Shown here in pieces: positions 54,690 through 62,817 of a DNA stretch of 62,837 nucleotides. Source of the DNA: an uncultured bacterium. Lineage in GTDB: Bacteria > Patescibacteriota > Patescibacteriia > UBA1558 > GWA2-36-10. The notes below the pieces were generated by a model. The model ran no database searches, had not been told where the DNA came from, and was given only the letters and a program-made list of their open reading frames with translations. Position numbers and translations under genes: made by a program. The first letter of the stretch is position 1. Each line of letters begins with the position of its first letter. The DNA is taken from assembly GCA_903855135.1 (NCBI GenBank), contig CAINYB010000022.1:1-62837 (forward strand). The letters are read 5' to 3'.

Positions 54690-56036
54690 GTGAATTTTTT
54701 AGAGTATTTTATTCAAAAGAGCAAACGTTCGCAGATGCTAATCTATGCGTTTGCTCTTTTGTTAGTTGTAGCTTTTGGGATGATTTGGTTTTCTTCTAAA
54801 GCTGAGCAAAGTTTACTGAATTTTTTGCCAGCAGAAACTAGTTTTTATTATCAATGGTCAGTGGAAGCAAAATCTGAACAGCCAATAGTAGCTTTTTTAC
54901 AAAATAATTTGCAAACAGCAGCCAAGACAGACTTAGATATTTTAGGGGCAGACTTTTTAAAGCAAAGCAAAGATATTGTTTGGTTTAAATTAGCGAACAG
55001 TGAAGTAAATTATTATTTATTTAAAGCTAAAACAAGTTTTAATAAAAAAGAAATAAAAAATTTACTAGCTGATAAAAATTTTAGCTGGCATTTAGTAGCT
55101 AAAAATATTTTAGTCGTAGCTAATCAAGCTGATTCAAAATTGGACTTTGTTAGTCAGGATAATGTAAGTATTGTGCCTCACTTTTTTAATCCTAGTGGGG
55201 AAAATATTTTTTTTCAAGCCGAAAAACCTAAATTTTTGACAGATATTTTAGCTCAAGTGGGAGACGATGCTTTGTTTTCGGGGGAAAAACTTTGGTGGCA
55301 AATAGATGCCAAACATAATCTAAAACAAATAAATATCTATCAACTAAACACTAAACAAGAAAATGTTGATTCAGTTCAAGGCTTAGCGTGGCAAGATTTA
55401 AAAATAATTTCTAAACCTAGACTATTATTGTTTGGACAAAATTTTAGCCATGACAATATCAAATTTTTGCAAGAAAATATTTTAAGTCTCGTAAATACTC
55501 AAGCACCACACTTAAATTTTGGAGCTAATTTTTGGCAAAATTATGCCAGCAACAGTTTTTACTTTTTTGATCAAGACGGTGACTGGTATTTGAGTAAAAC
55601 AGAGGATTGGTATCCAGCTTTAAGTTCGCTAAACTCTGAATTTGAGCCGGTGACTAAAGTCAGAAGCTTACCAGATGGCACTTTGTATACCGAGCTATTA
55701 AAAAATAAAGAAGTTAAAGTAGAAAATTTAAGCTGGCAAACTAAAGCCTATTGGAAAATGAGAGATTTTTATGGTGTAGATATAGCGGAGCAACATTATT
55801 TAAGTAATTCAGAGGTTTTAGTCAAAGATTTATTAGCTGATAGCGCAGATTTTTCTGATCAGTTACAAAATTGTGCGATCAATGAAGATGAAAAACTTAC
55901 TAATCTGATATTTTTGGATAAAATAGTAGCTAAACAGTTAAGGCTGACTAATTTTTTAGGCGAAGTTGATAAATTTGTCTTATTATTTGAATATCAAAGC
56001 CCCCAAACCCAAGGTTTACGTCTTTGCTGGCAATAG
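54690..56036 (+). CDS. hypothetical membrane-anchored protein
   Basis: 448-aa ORF, N-terminal TM helix. Confidence 0.5.
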   Translation: MNFLEYFIQKSKRSQMLIYAFALLLVVAFGMIWFSSKAEQSLLNFLPAETSFYYQWSVEAKSEQPIVAFLQNNLQTAAKTDLDILGADFLKQSKDIVWFKLANSEVNYYLFKAKTSFNKKEIKNLLADKNFSWHLVAKNILVVANQADSKLDFVSQDNVSIVPHFFNPSGENIFFQAEKPKFLTDILAQVGDDALFSGEKLWWQIDAKHNLKQINIYQLNTKQENVDSVQGLAWQDLKIISKPRLLLFGQNFSHDNIKFLQENILSLVNTQAPHLNFGANFWQNYASNSFYFFDQDGDWYLSKTEDWYPALSSLNSEFEPVTKVRSLPDGTLYTELLKNKEVKVENLSWQTKAYWKMRDFYGVDIAEQHYLSNSEVLVKDLLADSADFSDQLQNCAINEDEKLTNLIFLDKIVAKQLRLTNFLGEVDKFVLLFEYQSPQTQGLRLCWQ

Positions 56037-56198
56037 TGTGGATATTTTTCAGTGCCTGCGGCGAGTTTATTTCGTGCTTGCACCGAGTGTAGTCGAGTTG
56101 TGGATAACTTGTGCACAAGGTGGAAAACTTTTTGGTGATTTTGTCAAAACATGTTTTAAGATAAATTTTTTTTCGCTTACTTTAGCCAAGATTTAGAG

Positions 56199-56227
56199 TT
56201 GACAGAGAGCGATTTATATGATATACT
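56199..56227 (+). promoter_or_regulatory. orphan sigma70-like promoter TTGACA-17-TATACT
   Basis: Read directly; no ORF of 60 aa or more before the terminator at 56585-56604. Confidence 0.5.
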
Positions 56228-56584
56228 TAGATTATTAATAAATAAGTTCTTTGGCAAAGATAAAGAAGTGTTCAATAATTTAGTTAGTGAATATTTCTTT
56301 CCATTCTACTGTAGGTAATTATTATTAAGGTGCGCTGACCACCTTAAACATCGCAAAACAAAAATAAAAATATAAAAAGGATCATCCTCATTTGATGAAA
56401 ATGGAGATCGATACCACGATATGGTAGAGTGGCTCAAGCTTTCGAGTCAGAAGAAAGCGTCATAACGTGTTTGCAAATCAAAATCTTGCCAAATTTTTCG
56501 CCTGACATACAAGGCGGAGAACAAGTGATTTGTAGAGACGGAAGGCGCATATTCCCTAAACAATATCATTATGATTTTATGTAG

Positions 56585-56604
56585 GGCGCTTATGCGCCTC
56601 TTTT
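56585..56604 (+). terminator. terminator GGCGC-TTAT-GCGCC + TCTTTT
   Basis: Read directly. Confidence 0.55.
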
Positions 56605-56692
56605 AGTTGCCAAAATTTTGGCTTTTACTTGATTTTTCTGGTTATTTTTGCTAAACTTGACTCTGTTAAACAAAACTATTAAAGACAAACAT

Positions 56693-57055
56693 ATGAAATT
56701 AGATGCTGCTTTTATCGCTAAAATGAAAGAGGAATTAAGTGCTCGTAAATTAGACTTAATCAAAGAGCTGAATATTGATGCTGTCAAAGTGACTGATGAA
56801 GACTATGATGCTAAGTTTCCTAACTATGGTGAAAAAGAGGATGAAAATGCTGCTGAAGTAGCTACTTTTGAAAAAAACTTATCCATGGAGAAAACTTTGG
56901 AAGTGTCTTTGTTTAATGTCAACAAAGCTTTGAAGAAAATCGAAGAAGGTAAATATGGTACCTGTGAAAAGTGTGGTATGCCGATAGATCCGAAGCGTTT
57001 AGAAGCTTTTCCTTCAGCTACCACTTGCATGGAATGTAAGAAAAAATCTCTCTAA
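56693..57055 (+). CDS. DksA/TraR C4-type zinc-finger protein
   Basis: Start moved to ATG 56693; C-terminal CEKCG....CMEC. Confidence 0.75.
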   Translation: MKLDAAFIAKMKEELSARKLDLIKELNIDAVKVTDEDYDAKFPNYGEKEDENAAEVATFEKNLSMEKTLEVSLFNVNKALKKIEEGKYGTCEKCGMPIDPKRLEAFPSATTCMECKKKSL

Positions 57056-57444
57056 TGTCTAAGAAGCTTTTTGTTTTATTAAGTTTATTTTTATTAGATC
57101 GTGTTTTAAAAATATATTTTTGGCAACACACTAATTTCGCTTATTTAAATAAAAATATTTCTTTTTCTCTACCGATTGGCCAATATTTTCTTTGGCCAAT
57201 TTTGTTTTTGTTGATTATCTTTGTGTATTTCCAAGCTTACCAGGCTTATCAAAAAAATACTAAGCATTTTTATGCTTGGAGCTTGATCTTAATCGGTGCA
57301 ATTAGCAATATTTTGGATAGATTGAATTATGGAGGAGTGATAGATTTTATTAATTTACCTTATTTTACTGTTTTTAATCTTTCCGATGTTTTTATTTTTT
57401 GTGGGGTAGTTTATTTGCTGGTAGATAAGATAAAGACTAAATAA
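57055..57444 (+). CDS. lspA: lipoprotein signal peptidase II
   Basis: 129 aa; ISNILDRL..GGVIDF and FNLSD motifs. Confidence 0.8.
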   Translation: MSKKLFVLLSLFLLDRVLKIYFWQHTNFAYLNKNISFSLPIGQYFLWPILFLLIIFVYFQAYQAYQKNTKHFYAWSLILIGAISNILDRLNYGGVIDFINLPYFTVFNLSDVFIFCGVVYLLVDKIKTK

Positions 57445-57460
57445 AATTTAATCATAAAAC

Positions 57461-57504
57461 ACCCCCGCTGTCATCCTCGCGTATGCGGGGAGCGGGGGTG
57501 TTTT
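57461..57504 (+). terminator. GC hairpin terminator carrying the conserved 22-nt loop insert
   Basis: CACCCCCGCT...AGCGGGGGTG + TTTT; loop 57470-57491 identical to 19111-19132. Confidence 0.65.
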
Positions 57505-57515
57505 AAAGATGTTTT

Positions 57516-58124
57516 TTAAGCTATTATCGGTAAGCCATTAATCTCTTCTTTTTGAATACTTTTATAGAGAGGATTTCTTTTTAAAGCTGGTCTGCCTTCG
57601 TGCTCGACAACGTAATAAGCAAAGCCCTGCATTTGTTTGACTGATTCATAGTTAGCATGACCTGGTAAACTAGTCGGATCTTTTTCTTCGAAATCTACTG
57701 GACTATCATCAGCGGTAACTAGATAGGTATCGCCAGTATTGACTGCCAGGTGTCCATAGCCAGCAGGAATAAATAAAGTGTCTCCTTGTTTGATAGGTAT
57801 AGCCTTGAATTCTACTACCTCATCTGCAATCATTTCGCCTTTGTCATCAGTGGCTAATTTTTGTAGTAAGACAATACCTTGCCCATAGATAAACCAGTAG
57901 TTTTCGTCTAGTTTGCCTATATGATAGTGACCATAAGTTTTGATATATTCGCCACTCACTGTACCTGGCTCCCAGATAGTGATATTTTTTTGCTCGACGC
58001 CACCGCGGATCATGTAATAATGAAAAGCCGGACCAATGCCTTGTGGGTCCATCAAGACTTCTTGCATTTTTTCATGGGTTCTTGGGGCGTAGTGTTTTGG
58101 GACATTTGTAAAATCAATATTCAT
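57516..58124 (-). CDS. pgi: cupin-type glucose-6-phosphate isomerase
   Basis: Start moved to ATG 58124 (MNIDFTN..); TYGHYH and GYGH cupin metal motifs. Confidence 0.75.
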   Translation of the reverse strand: MNIDFTNVPKHYAPRTHEKMQEVLMDPQGIGPAFHYYMIRGGVEQKNITIWEPGTVSGEYIKTYGHYHIGKLDENYWFIYGQGIVLLQKLATDDKGEMIADEVVEFKAIPIKQGDTLFIPAGYGHLAVNTGDTYLVTADDSPVDFEEKDPTSLPGHANYESVKQMQGFAYYVVEHEGRPALKRNPLYKSIQKEEINGLPIIA

Positions 58125-58276
58125 AGTATTTTTCTTATTTTTTAATATTTTAAGGGTAGCTGTAATTTTAAAAAATGGCAAGTCATTTTTATTTAAACCA
58201 TTTTTTTGCACTTGGTCGACGATGAGTCATTTTTAAATCAGTGGGTATTTTGTGAGGTGTATTAGTAACTATTTTT

Positions 58277-58888
58277 TTACTTAGATTTTTTAAGACCTTT
58301 TTTTATTATTTTCGTCATTAATTCATTCTTGCCAGACATTCCTAAAATGCAAGCCTTGAAATAATCAGAGTCTTTGGTTTTGCTCCAGTCGATAGGATCA
58401 TAACCCAAGTTAACTACCAGCAGGTCTAAGAATAAACGAATAGTTCTACCATTACCCTCACGAAAAGGATGAATAGCATTATATTCATTATGGATTAAAG
58501 TAAGTTTTTTAGATATTGTATCTTTATTATCTTTACTATTTGGTAGTTTCTTTTTTAACAAAAGTTCAAATTTTTGCAAAGTTTGATCAATGTATTTTAC
58601 AGAAGCAAACAACATGCCATCTTTCGAAATATCTACATTTCTTACTTTCCCAGCCCAAGAGTATAGAGTGTGAAAAAAATATTTATGAATAGAAAATAAT
58701 AAAGAAAGGTCAAATTTGACCTCATCGTCTTTTAGTAATTCAAAAAAATGTGTGTAAGTATCTGCTAGTAATAAAGTTTCAGCTTCTTCTAATTTTTTCT
58801 TATCCTTGATGCCCAGTTTATTTTCTAAAACACCATTGTCAATACCAGCTTTCTTATTACTAACTTGATACCGAGAATGCCCGATCAT
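58277..58888 (-). CDS. Fic family protein (class I toxin-like)
   Basis: 203 aa; canonical Fic motif HPFREGNGRTIR. Confidence 0.85.
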   Translation of the reverse strand: MIGHSRYQVSNKKAGIDNGVLENKLGIKDKKKLEEAETLLLADTYTHFFELLKDDEVKFDLSLLFSIHKYFFHTLYSWAGKVRNVDISKDGMLFASVKYIDQTLQKFELLLKKKLPNSKDNKDTISKKLTLIHNEYNAIHPFREGNGRTIRLFLDLLVVNLGYDPIDWSKTKDSDYFKACILGMSGKNELMTKIIKKGLKKSK

Positions 58889-59015
58889 AGTTTTTTAAAG
58901 TTTGAATAAGTTGTTTATTTTTTTTAGCCTTACTAAAACTTAAACCTTCCATTTTGGAAGACTGTGAAATAGCTTTATTTATCTTATTTGTAGTTATTTT
59001 AAGCTTATTTTTCAT
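58860..59015 (-). CDS. VbhA-like Fic antitoxin (51 aa)
   Basis: Hand-translated MKNKLKITTNKINKAISQSSKMEGLSFSKAKKNKQLIQTLKNYDRAFSVSS; contains the inhibitory (S/T)xxxE(G/N) motif SSKMEG; overlaps the fic start by 29 nt. Confidence 0.55.
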   Translation of the reverse strand: MKNKLKITTNKINKAISQSSKMEGLSFSKAKKNKQLIQTLKNYDRAFSVSS

Positions 59016-59081
59016 AAGTTAATATTTTTAATATATCTATATATTAACACATTTTTTTGACTTTTTCAATGCACTAAAATA

Positions 59082-59239
59082 GCCAAATATTTCACCTAAC
59101 AGACCAGCGTATGAGAAGTTGACCGTGAAGTAGCTATGATAAAATTATATCATCATAGCTACGAACGGGCAATTTGCGAAAAACAGCTCCTTTTAGAGCT
59201 GTTTTTTCTCATACGCGGTGTTGTGTGATGTATTTTGGC
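59082..59239 (+). repeat. long imperfect palindrome, element A (158 bp)
   Basis: Arms GCCAAATATTTCACCTAACAGACCAGCGTATGAGAA / TTCTCATACGCGGTGTTGTGTGATGTATTTTGGC; inner hairpins 59130-59162 and 59184-59201. Confidence 0.7.
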
Positions 59240-59257
59240 AGTTGTATTATGAAATAA

Positions 59258-59902
59258 TTATTTTGAATCATTAAATATTTTAGCGACCAATTCTTTACGA
59301 GCATAGAATGCACGTGTGATTGGTCTTCTTTTGCCAGTTTTAGGATTTATTCCACCTTGTCCTTTTGTTCTAGCTTGGATCCACTTACCATCTTTGCCGG
59401 TTAAACTACTAAAGCCTTTCTTAATTAGTTTTGCTCTAATAAAATCATAGTCAGCTTTTATCTCTTTTATTAAATCATCAGTTTCAGAAAAATCTAAGCT
59501 AGTAACCTTTAGTAATTCGGCATTATCAGAATTTTTTCCATGCCACATGACCGCGCAAAAAACAATGGATTTCAATTTTTCCCACACATGACTTTTAAAG
59601 AATTCCTGTTCTTTCAATTCTTTTTGGTTAATCATTGTGATGGCCATTGTTTCCTTTGGTATTAGCTTATCTTTCACATGATAAAAACTTACAGATTTTA
59701 ATTCATAAGACAGACCATTCGGAGCCTTTGAAACATTGTTTTCCAAGCCAGCTAAAAGTTCCAAAATTAAACCTTTCCAACCCTTATTTTGTTTGCCAGT
59801 TTCATAGGTTGTTATTTTTAGCTTTTTAGCCAGCTGTCTTAAATCTTGGCCAATGTATTTTTTTAAATTTTTGATAGCTGTTGCTCTAGTAACGATTTTC
59901 AT
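59258..59902 (-). CDS. MutH/Sau3AI-family type II restriction endonuclease
   Basis: 214 aa; NKGWKGLILELLAG....YELKS, WIQARTKG and RAFYARK align by eye with the E. coli MutH blocks DKGW.G.LLE..LG, ELKT, YLQIRPK, RGFYLKK. Confidence 0.7.
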   Translation of the reverse strand: MKIVTRATAIKNLKKYIGQDLRQLAKKLKITTYETGKQNKGWKGLILELLAGLENNVSKAPNGLSYELKSVSFYHVKDKLIPKETMAITMINQKELKEQEFFKSHVWEKLKSIVFCAVMWHGKNSDNAELLKVTSLDFSETDDLIKEIKADYDFIRAKLIKKGFSSLTGKDGKWIQARTKGQGGINPKTGKRRPITRAFYARKELVAKIFNDSK

Positions 59903-59911
59903 AAATTTATT

Positions 59912-60700
59912 TTAAGATTTTGGTAAATCATTTAATCTTTTTATGGATAAGTCTAAATATTTTTTTTCTAAATCAATACCAATAAATTTTCTATCATTTA
60001 AGACAGCTGCTAAACCAGTAGTGGAGGAGCCTGTAAATGGATCCAGTATCAAATCACCCTTGTCTGTGCTGGCTAAAATTATTCTCACTAATAAATCCAT
60101 TGGTTTTTGCGTGGGATGCTTACCAAATTTTTTTTCATCTTTCTTGGGCGGATATATTGCCCAGACACTTCTCATTTGAGTGTTTGGTTTTTTCAAGAAA
60201 TCACTTTGCCAGTCACCATCTTTCATCGCTTTATAGTTGAATTTATGTTTTCCTTTTTTATCTTTTCTTGCCCAGATTAAAGTCTCGTGACTGGCAGTAA
60301 AAAAACGACAACTTAAGTTTGGTGAAGCGTTTGGTTTGAACCAAGCAACATCATTTAGAATATGAAAGTGATTAATTTGTAGGGCAAATCCGCATTGGTA
60401 AATAGAGTGGTATGTGCCACTAATCCAAATAGTTCCACCAGGCTTTAAAACTCTATGGCATTCTTTAATCCAAGAAAGATGAAATTCAAAGTCTTTTTTA
60501 CAACCATTACTAACATCCCATTCACCTTTGTTAACACTTACCATTTTGCCGGCGTGCACAGTAAAGCCACCATTTGAGAGTAAGTATGGTGGATCAGCAA
60601 AAATCATGTCAACGGAGTTTTCTTTTGAATTAGCTAAAAACTCTAAAGAATTGGCATTATATAAGGCAAATTTCCCTTTTTTGTAGTATGGTTTTATCAT
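59912..60700 (-). CDS. beta-class N6-adenine/N4-cytosine DNA methyltransferase
   Basis: 262 aa; IFADPPY near the N-terminus, ILDPFTGSSTTG SAM motif near the C-terminus. Confidence 0.85.
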   Translation of the reverse strand: MIKPYYKKGKFALYNANSLEFLANSKENSVDMIFADPPYLLSNGGFTVHAGKMVSVNKGEWDVSNGCKKDFEFHLSWIKECHRVLKPGGTIWISGTYHSIYQCGFALQINHFHILNDVAWFKPNASPNLSCRFFTASHETLIWARKDKKGKHKFNYKAMKDGDWQSDFLKKPNTQMRSVWAIYPPKKDEKKFGKHPTQKPMDLLVRIILASTDKGDLILDPFTGSSTTGLAAVLNDRKFIGIDLEKKYLDLSIKRLNDLPKS

Positions 60701-60778
60701 GATTCAAAATAATTATTTAATAGAAAATAGAGGTATTTTCCACCTCTATTATATCATAAAGTAATTATACAACAAACT

Positions 60779-61012
60779 GCCAAAATATTTCATACAACAG
60801 ACAAGCGTATGCGACGTCCCGAAACGAGCTTTGCGGTAAAATTGTGCGGAGCACACCGCAAGGGCGAGTGAGGGGTGTAGGCGCAAGCTTACACTTCTTA
60901 TAGGATAAAATTAAAAGTGCCTAAGCTAATTTAAGCACCTTTAACTTTAAAATTCAACTAAACATTAAGTGTAAGCTAAGCCGCATACGCGGTGTTATGC
61001 GTTGTTTTGCCA
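60779..61012 (+). repeat. long imperfect palindrome, element B (234 bp)
   Basis: Arms GCCAAAATATTTCATACAACAGACAAGCGTATGCG / CGCATACGCGGTGTTATGCGTTGTTTTGCC; second stem 60881-60896 with 60967-60981; inner hairpin 60831-60861. Confidence 0.7.
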
Positions 61013-61063
61013 AATAAATAATTACATTATTAGAGCACTTTTGAAATTTTTCGGCCACGGGCC

Positions 61064-61092
61064 TTGACTTTTTGGCTATGGTATGATAATAT
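61064..61092 (+). promoter_or_regulatory. sigma70-like promoter TTGACT-17-TAATAT
   Basis: Read directly upstream of ORF 61149. Confidence 0.55.
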
Positions 61093-61148
61093 CTAAAGTC
61101 ATGATATTTACTCGTGGCGAAGACGAACCTTAAAAGGAGAAGCAAACC

Positions 61149-61538
61149 ATGGCAACCGACGGACCCACTCCACCCCCCTGTGATCAGGAAATTTTTCAGA
61201 AAGGCCAGCCCGTGGCCGCTCTCGATGCCTCGTCCAACGCGGCCGAGAACTGGGTGCAGGCAGTGGCCAAGAAGGCCCGCGCCCGCGTTGACTGGCACTA
61301 CAGTGGCGGCATCGCGCAGGTGCTCCATCTAGGTGACGACGAGAGCCGAGCCCGTGTGGAAGTGGCGATGGACGAGCTCGAGCCTACCCTCAAGGGTACG
61401 GTCATGCGACGCTACAGGTCCGGCGAGTCCGGCCTGTACAGGCAGGGTGTCACTCAGACCCCTCCCGGAGCCGTCGCTTCGTTCATGGACCCGTTCACGG
61501 GCGAGGCGACTTACATGGTCAAACCCGATCAGAAGTAG
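61149..61538 (+). CDS. high-GC ORFan (island 5)
   Basis: 129 aa; AAGGAGAAG SD; G/C-rich third codon positions; terminator GGCCCG..(ATGTTC-TTCG-GAACAT)..CGGGCC at 61558-61597. Confidence 0.55.
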   Translation: MATDGPTPPPCDQEIFQKGQPVAALDASSNAAENWVQAVAKKARARVDWHYSGGIAQVLHLGDDESRARVEVAMDELEPTLKGTVMRRYRSGESGLYRQGVTQTPPGAVASFMDPFTGEATYMVKPDQK

Positions 61539-61655
61539 GCGCGTTGCCCAACCCCAAGGCCCGTACTGGATGTTCTTCGGAACATTACAGGCGGGCCTTC
61601 TTCATTTAAAAAATTTAAAAAGGTCTCAATTGAAAATATTTTCAATTATTTGTTT

Positions 61656-62267
61656 GGCAAAATTGCGTATAACAGACCACAGTATGCGAAGTCACGAATG
61701 AACGTGGCGGTAAAATTTTGCGAAGCAAACCGCCTAAGTGAATGAGTGATTTGGGTGAAGTTAAAAAATAAATTTTACTTTGCTAAAGCCTTATCTTTCC
61801 CAAATTGCATACAATGTTCTAAGTAGTCTTCAGCTTCTGATGAATCTATAAGTTCAACGGCAAAAACCTCATTATTATCTTTTATTATTTGTAGGTTTTC
61901 TTTTACTAATTCTTTTTTGAGCTTATCAGCTAGGTCGGGTTCTTGCAATTTAGTAATTATATAAGAACCAAGCATCACATCTTCTCCAATCTTTAATATA
62001 AACATCGTTGAGTCGGTTGCAAGGTAAGTTAGATAATCATAAAAAGAACGATAAGCTTCACTAGCCATATTTGTTTCGTCCTCATCTGAAATATCTTTGA
62101 AGTCAGCGTTAAAAGATTGGTTTCTGTCACCAAGACTATTAAAATGTGCTGGCATTGGTCTATTTGCCGACATCACTATTTCTTTTACCCGTTCTATTAT
62201 TTCTCTAGACATATATAAAATTTATTTTTTTAACTGAACCGCATACTGGGTGTTGGTCGCTGTTTCC
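61656..62267 (+). mobile_element. long imperfect palindrome, element C (612 bp), enclosing a 145-aa ORF at its tip
   Basis: Arms GGCAAAATTGCGTATAACAGACCACAGTATGCG / CGCATACTGGGTGTTGGTCGCTGTTTCC; second stem GAAGTTAAAAAATAAATTTTA / TAAAATTTATTTTTTTAACTGAA flanks the ORF. Confidence 0.65.
61775..62212 (-). CDS. ORFan, acidic 145-aa protein inside element C
   Basis: ORF track; no family recognised; no SD. Confidence 0.5.
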   Translation of the reverse strand: MSREIIERVKEIVMSANRPMPAHFNSLGDRNQSFNADFKDISDEDETNMASEAYRSFYDYLTYLATDSTMFILKIGEDVMLGSYIITKLQEPDLADKLKKELVKENLQIIKDNNEVFAVELIDSSEAEDYLEHCMQFGKDKALAK

Positions 62268-62276
62268 TAAATTATT

Positions 62277-62804
62277 TTATAAAAGTTTTTTTGGCAGATA
62301 TTTTTTAAAGATTTTTTTAAATTTTTCCTGATTTCCATGACTTGGAAATGGGATAAATTCCTTATTCAAAACTTTAATTTTTTCTTTTTTTAATTTAGGT
62401 TGAAAAATTGTAAAAACATTCTTTTTTATAATTATTATTGGAGTGTTTTTAGAAATTAAAGTTTTTATTTCATTAGTTTTATTTTCTAAATTATCACAAA
62501 TTTGTTCATTTTTGTTTTTGTTACTTTTTTTATTTATTGGTTTGTCTGTTGCGTCAATTAAGTAAAAACCTTTGTTTTGAAATTTTTTAAGATATTTTTC
62601 TTTATCTCCTTTTTTGTATTCTTTTTTGAAATCAGGAAAAATTGCATCCATAATTGCTTTAAAAAGAAAATCATACCTTTCTTCTTTTGGGTTATAAAAA
62701 AATCTTAAAGATCCATTTTTGGATAGAGGAGGAGATTCTGCTAAGAAGAGACATTTTCTGACGGTAGGTTTATATGTTGCTCTTAATTTTTTTATTGTAT
62801 CCAT
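62277..62804 (-). CDS. hypothetical protein, possibly uracil-DNA-glycosylase-superfamily-like
   Basis: 175 aa; LFLAESPP near the N-terminus and PFPSHGN near the C-terminus loosely resemble UDG motifs A and B; weak. Confidence 0.35.
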   Translation of the reverse strand: MDTIKKLRATYKPTVRKCLFLAESPPLSKNGSLRFFYNPKEERYDFLFKAIMDAIFPDFKKEYKKGDKEKYLKKFQNKGFYLIDATDKPINKKSNKNKNEQICDNLENKTNEIKTLISKNTPIIIIKKNVFTIFQPKLKKEKIKVLNKEFIPFPSHGNQEKFKKIFKKYLPKKLL

Positions 62805-62817
62805 AAGTGTAAAAAAT

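Noticed and set aside
56037-56107. Replication origin call from two DnaA-box-like 9-mers
   Set aside because: There are only two boxes, no dnaA/dnaN nearby, and no DnaA-trio or clear unwinding element identified. I kept it only as a minor note.
58212-58276. A further palindromic-element arm left of the Fic module
   Set aside because: GGTGT and ATTTTG fragments are present, but there is no AAC/GTT box or GTATGCG core, so the similarity is too weak.
61627-61648. CAATTGAAAATATTTTCAATT palindrome related to the GAAAAATATTTTTC palindromes at about 1877 and 1967, as a shared operator
   Set aside because: These are AT-only, low-complexity palindromes in a ~70 % AT genome, so chance similarity cannot be excluded by eye.
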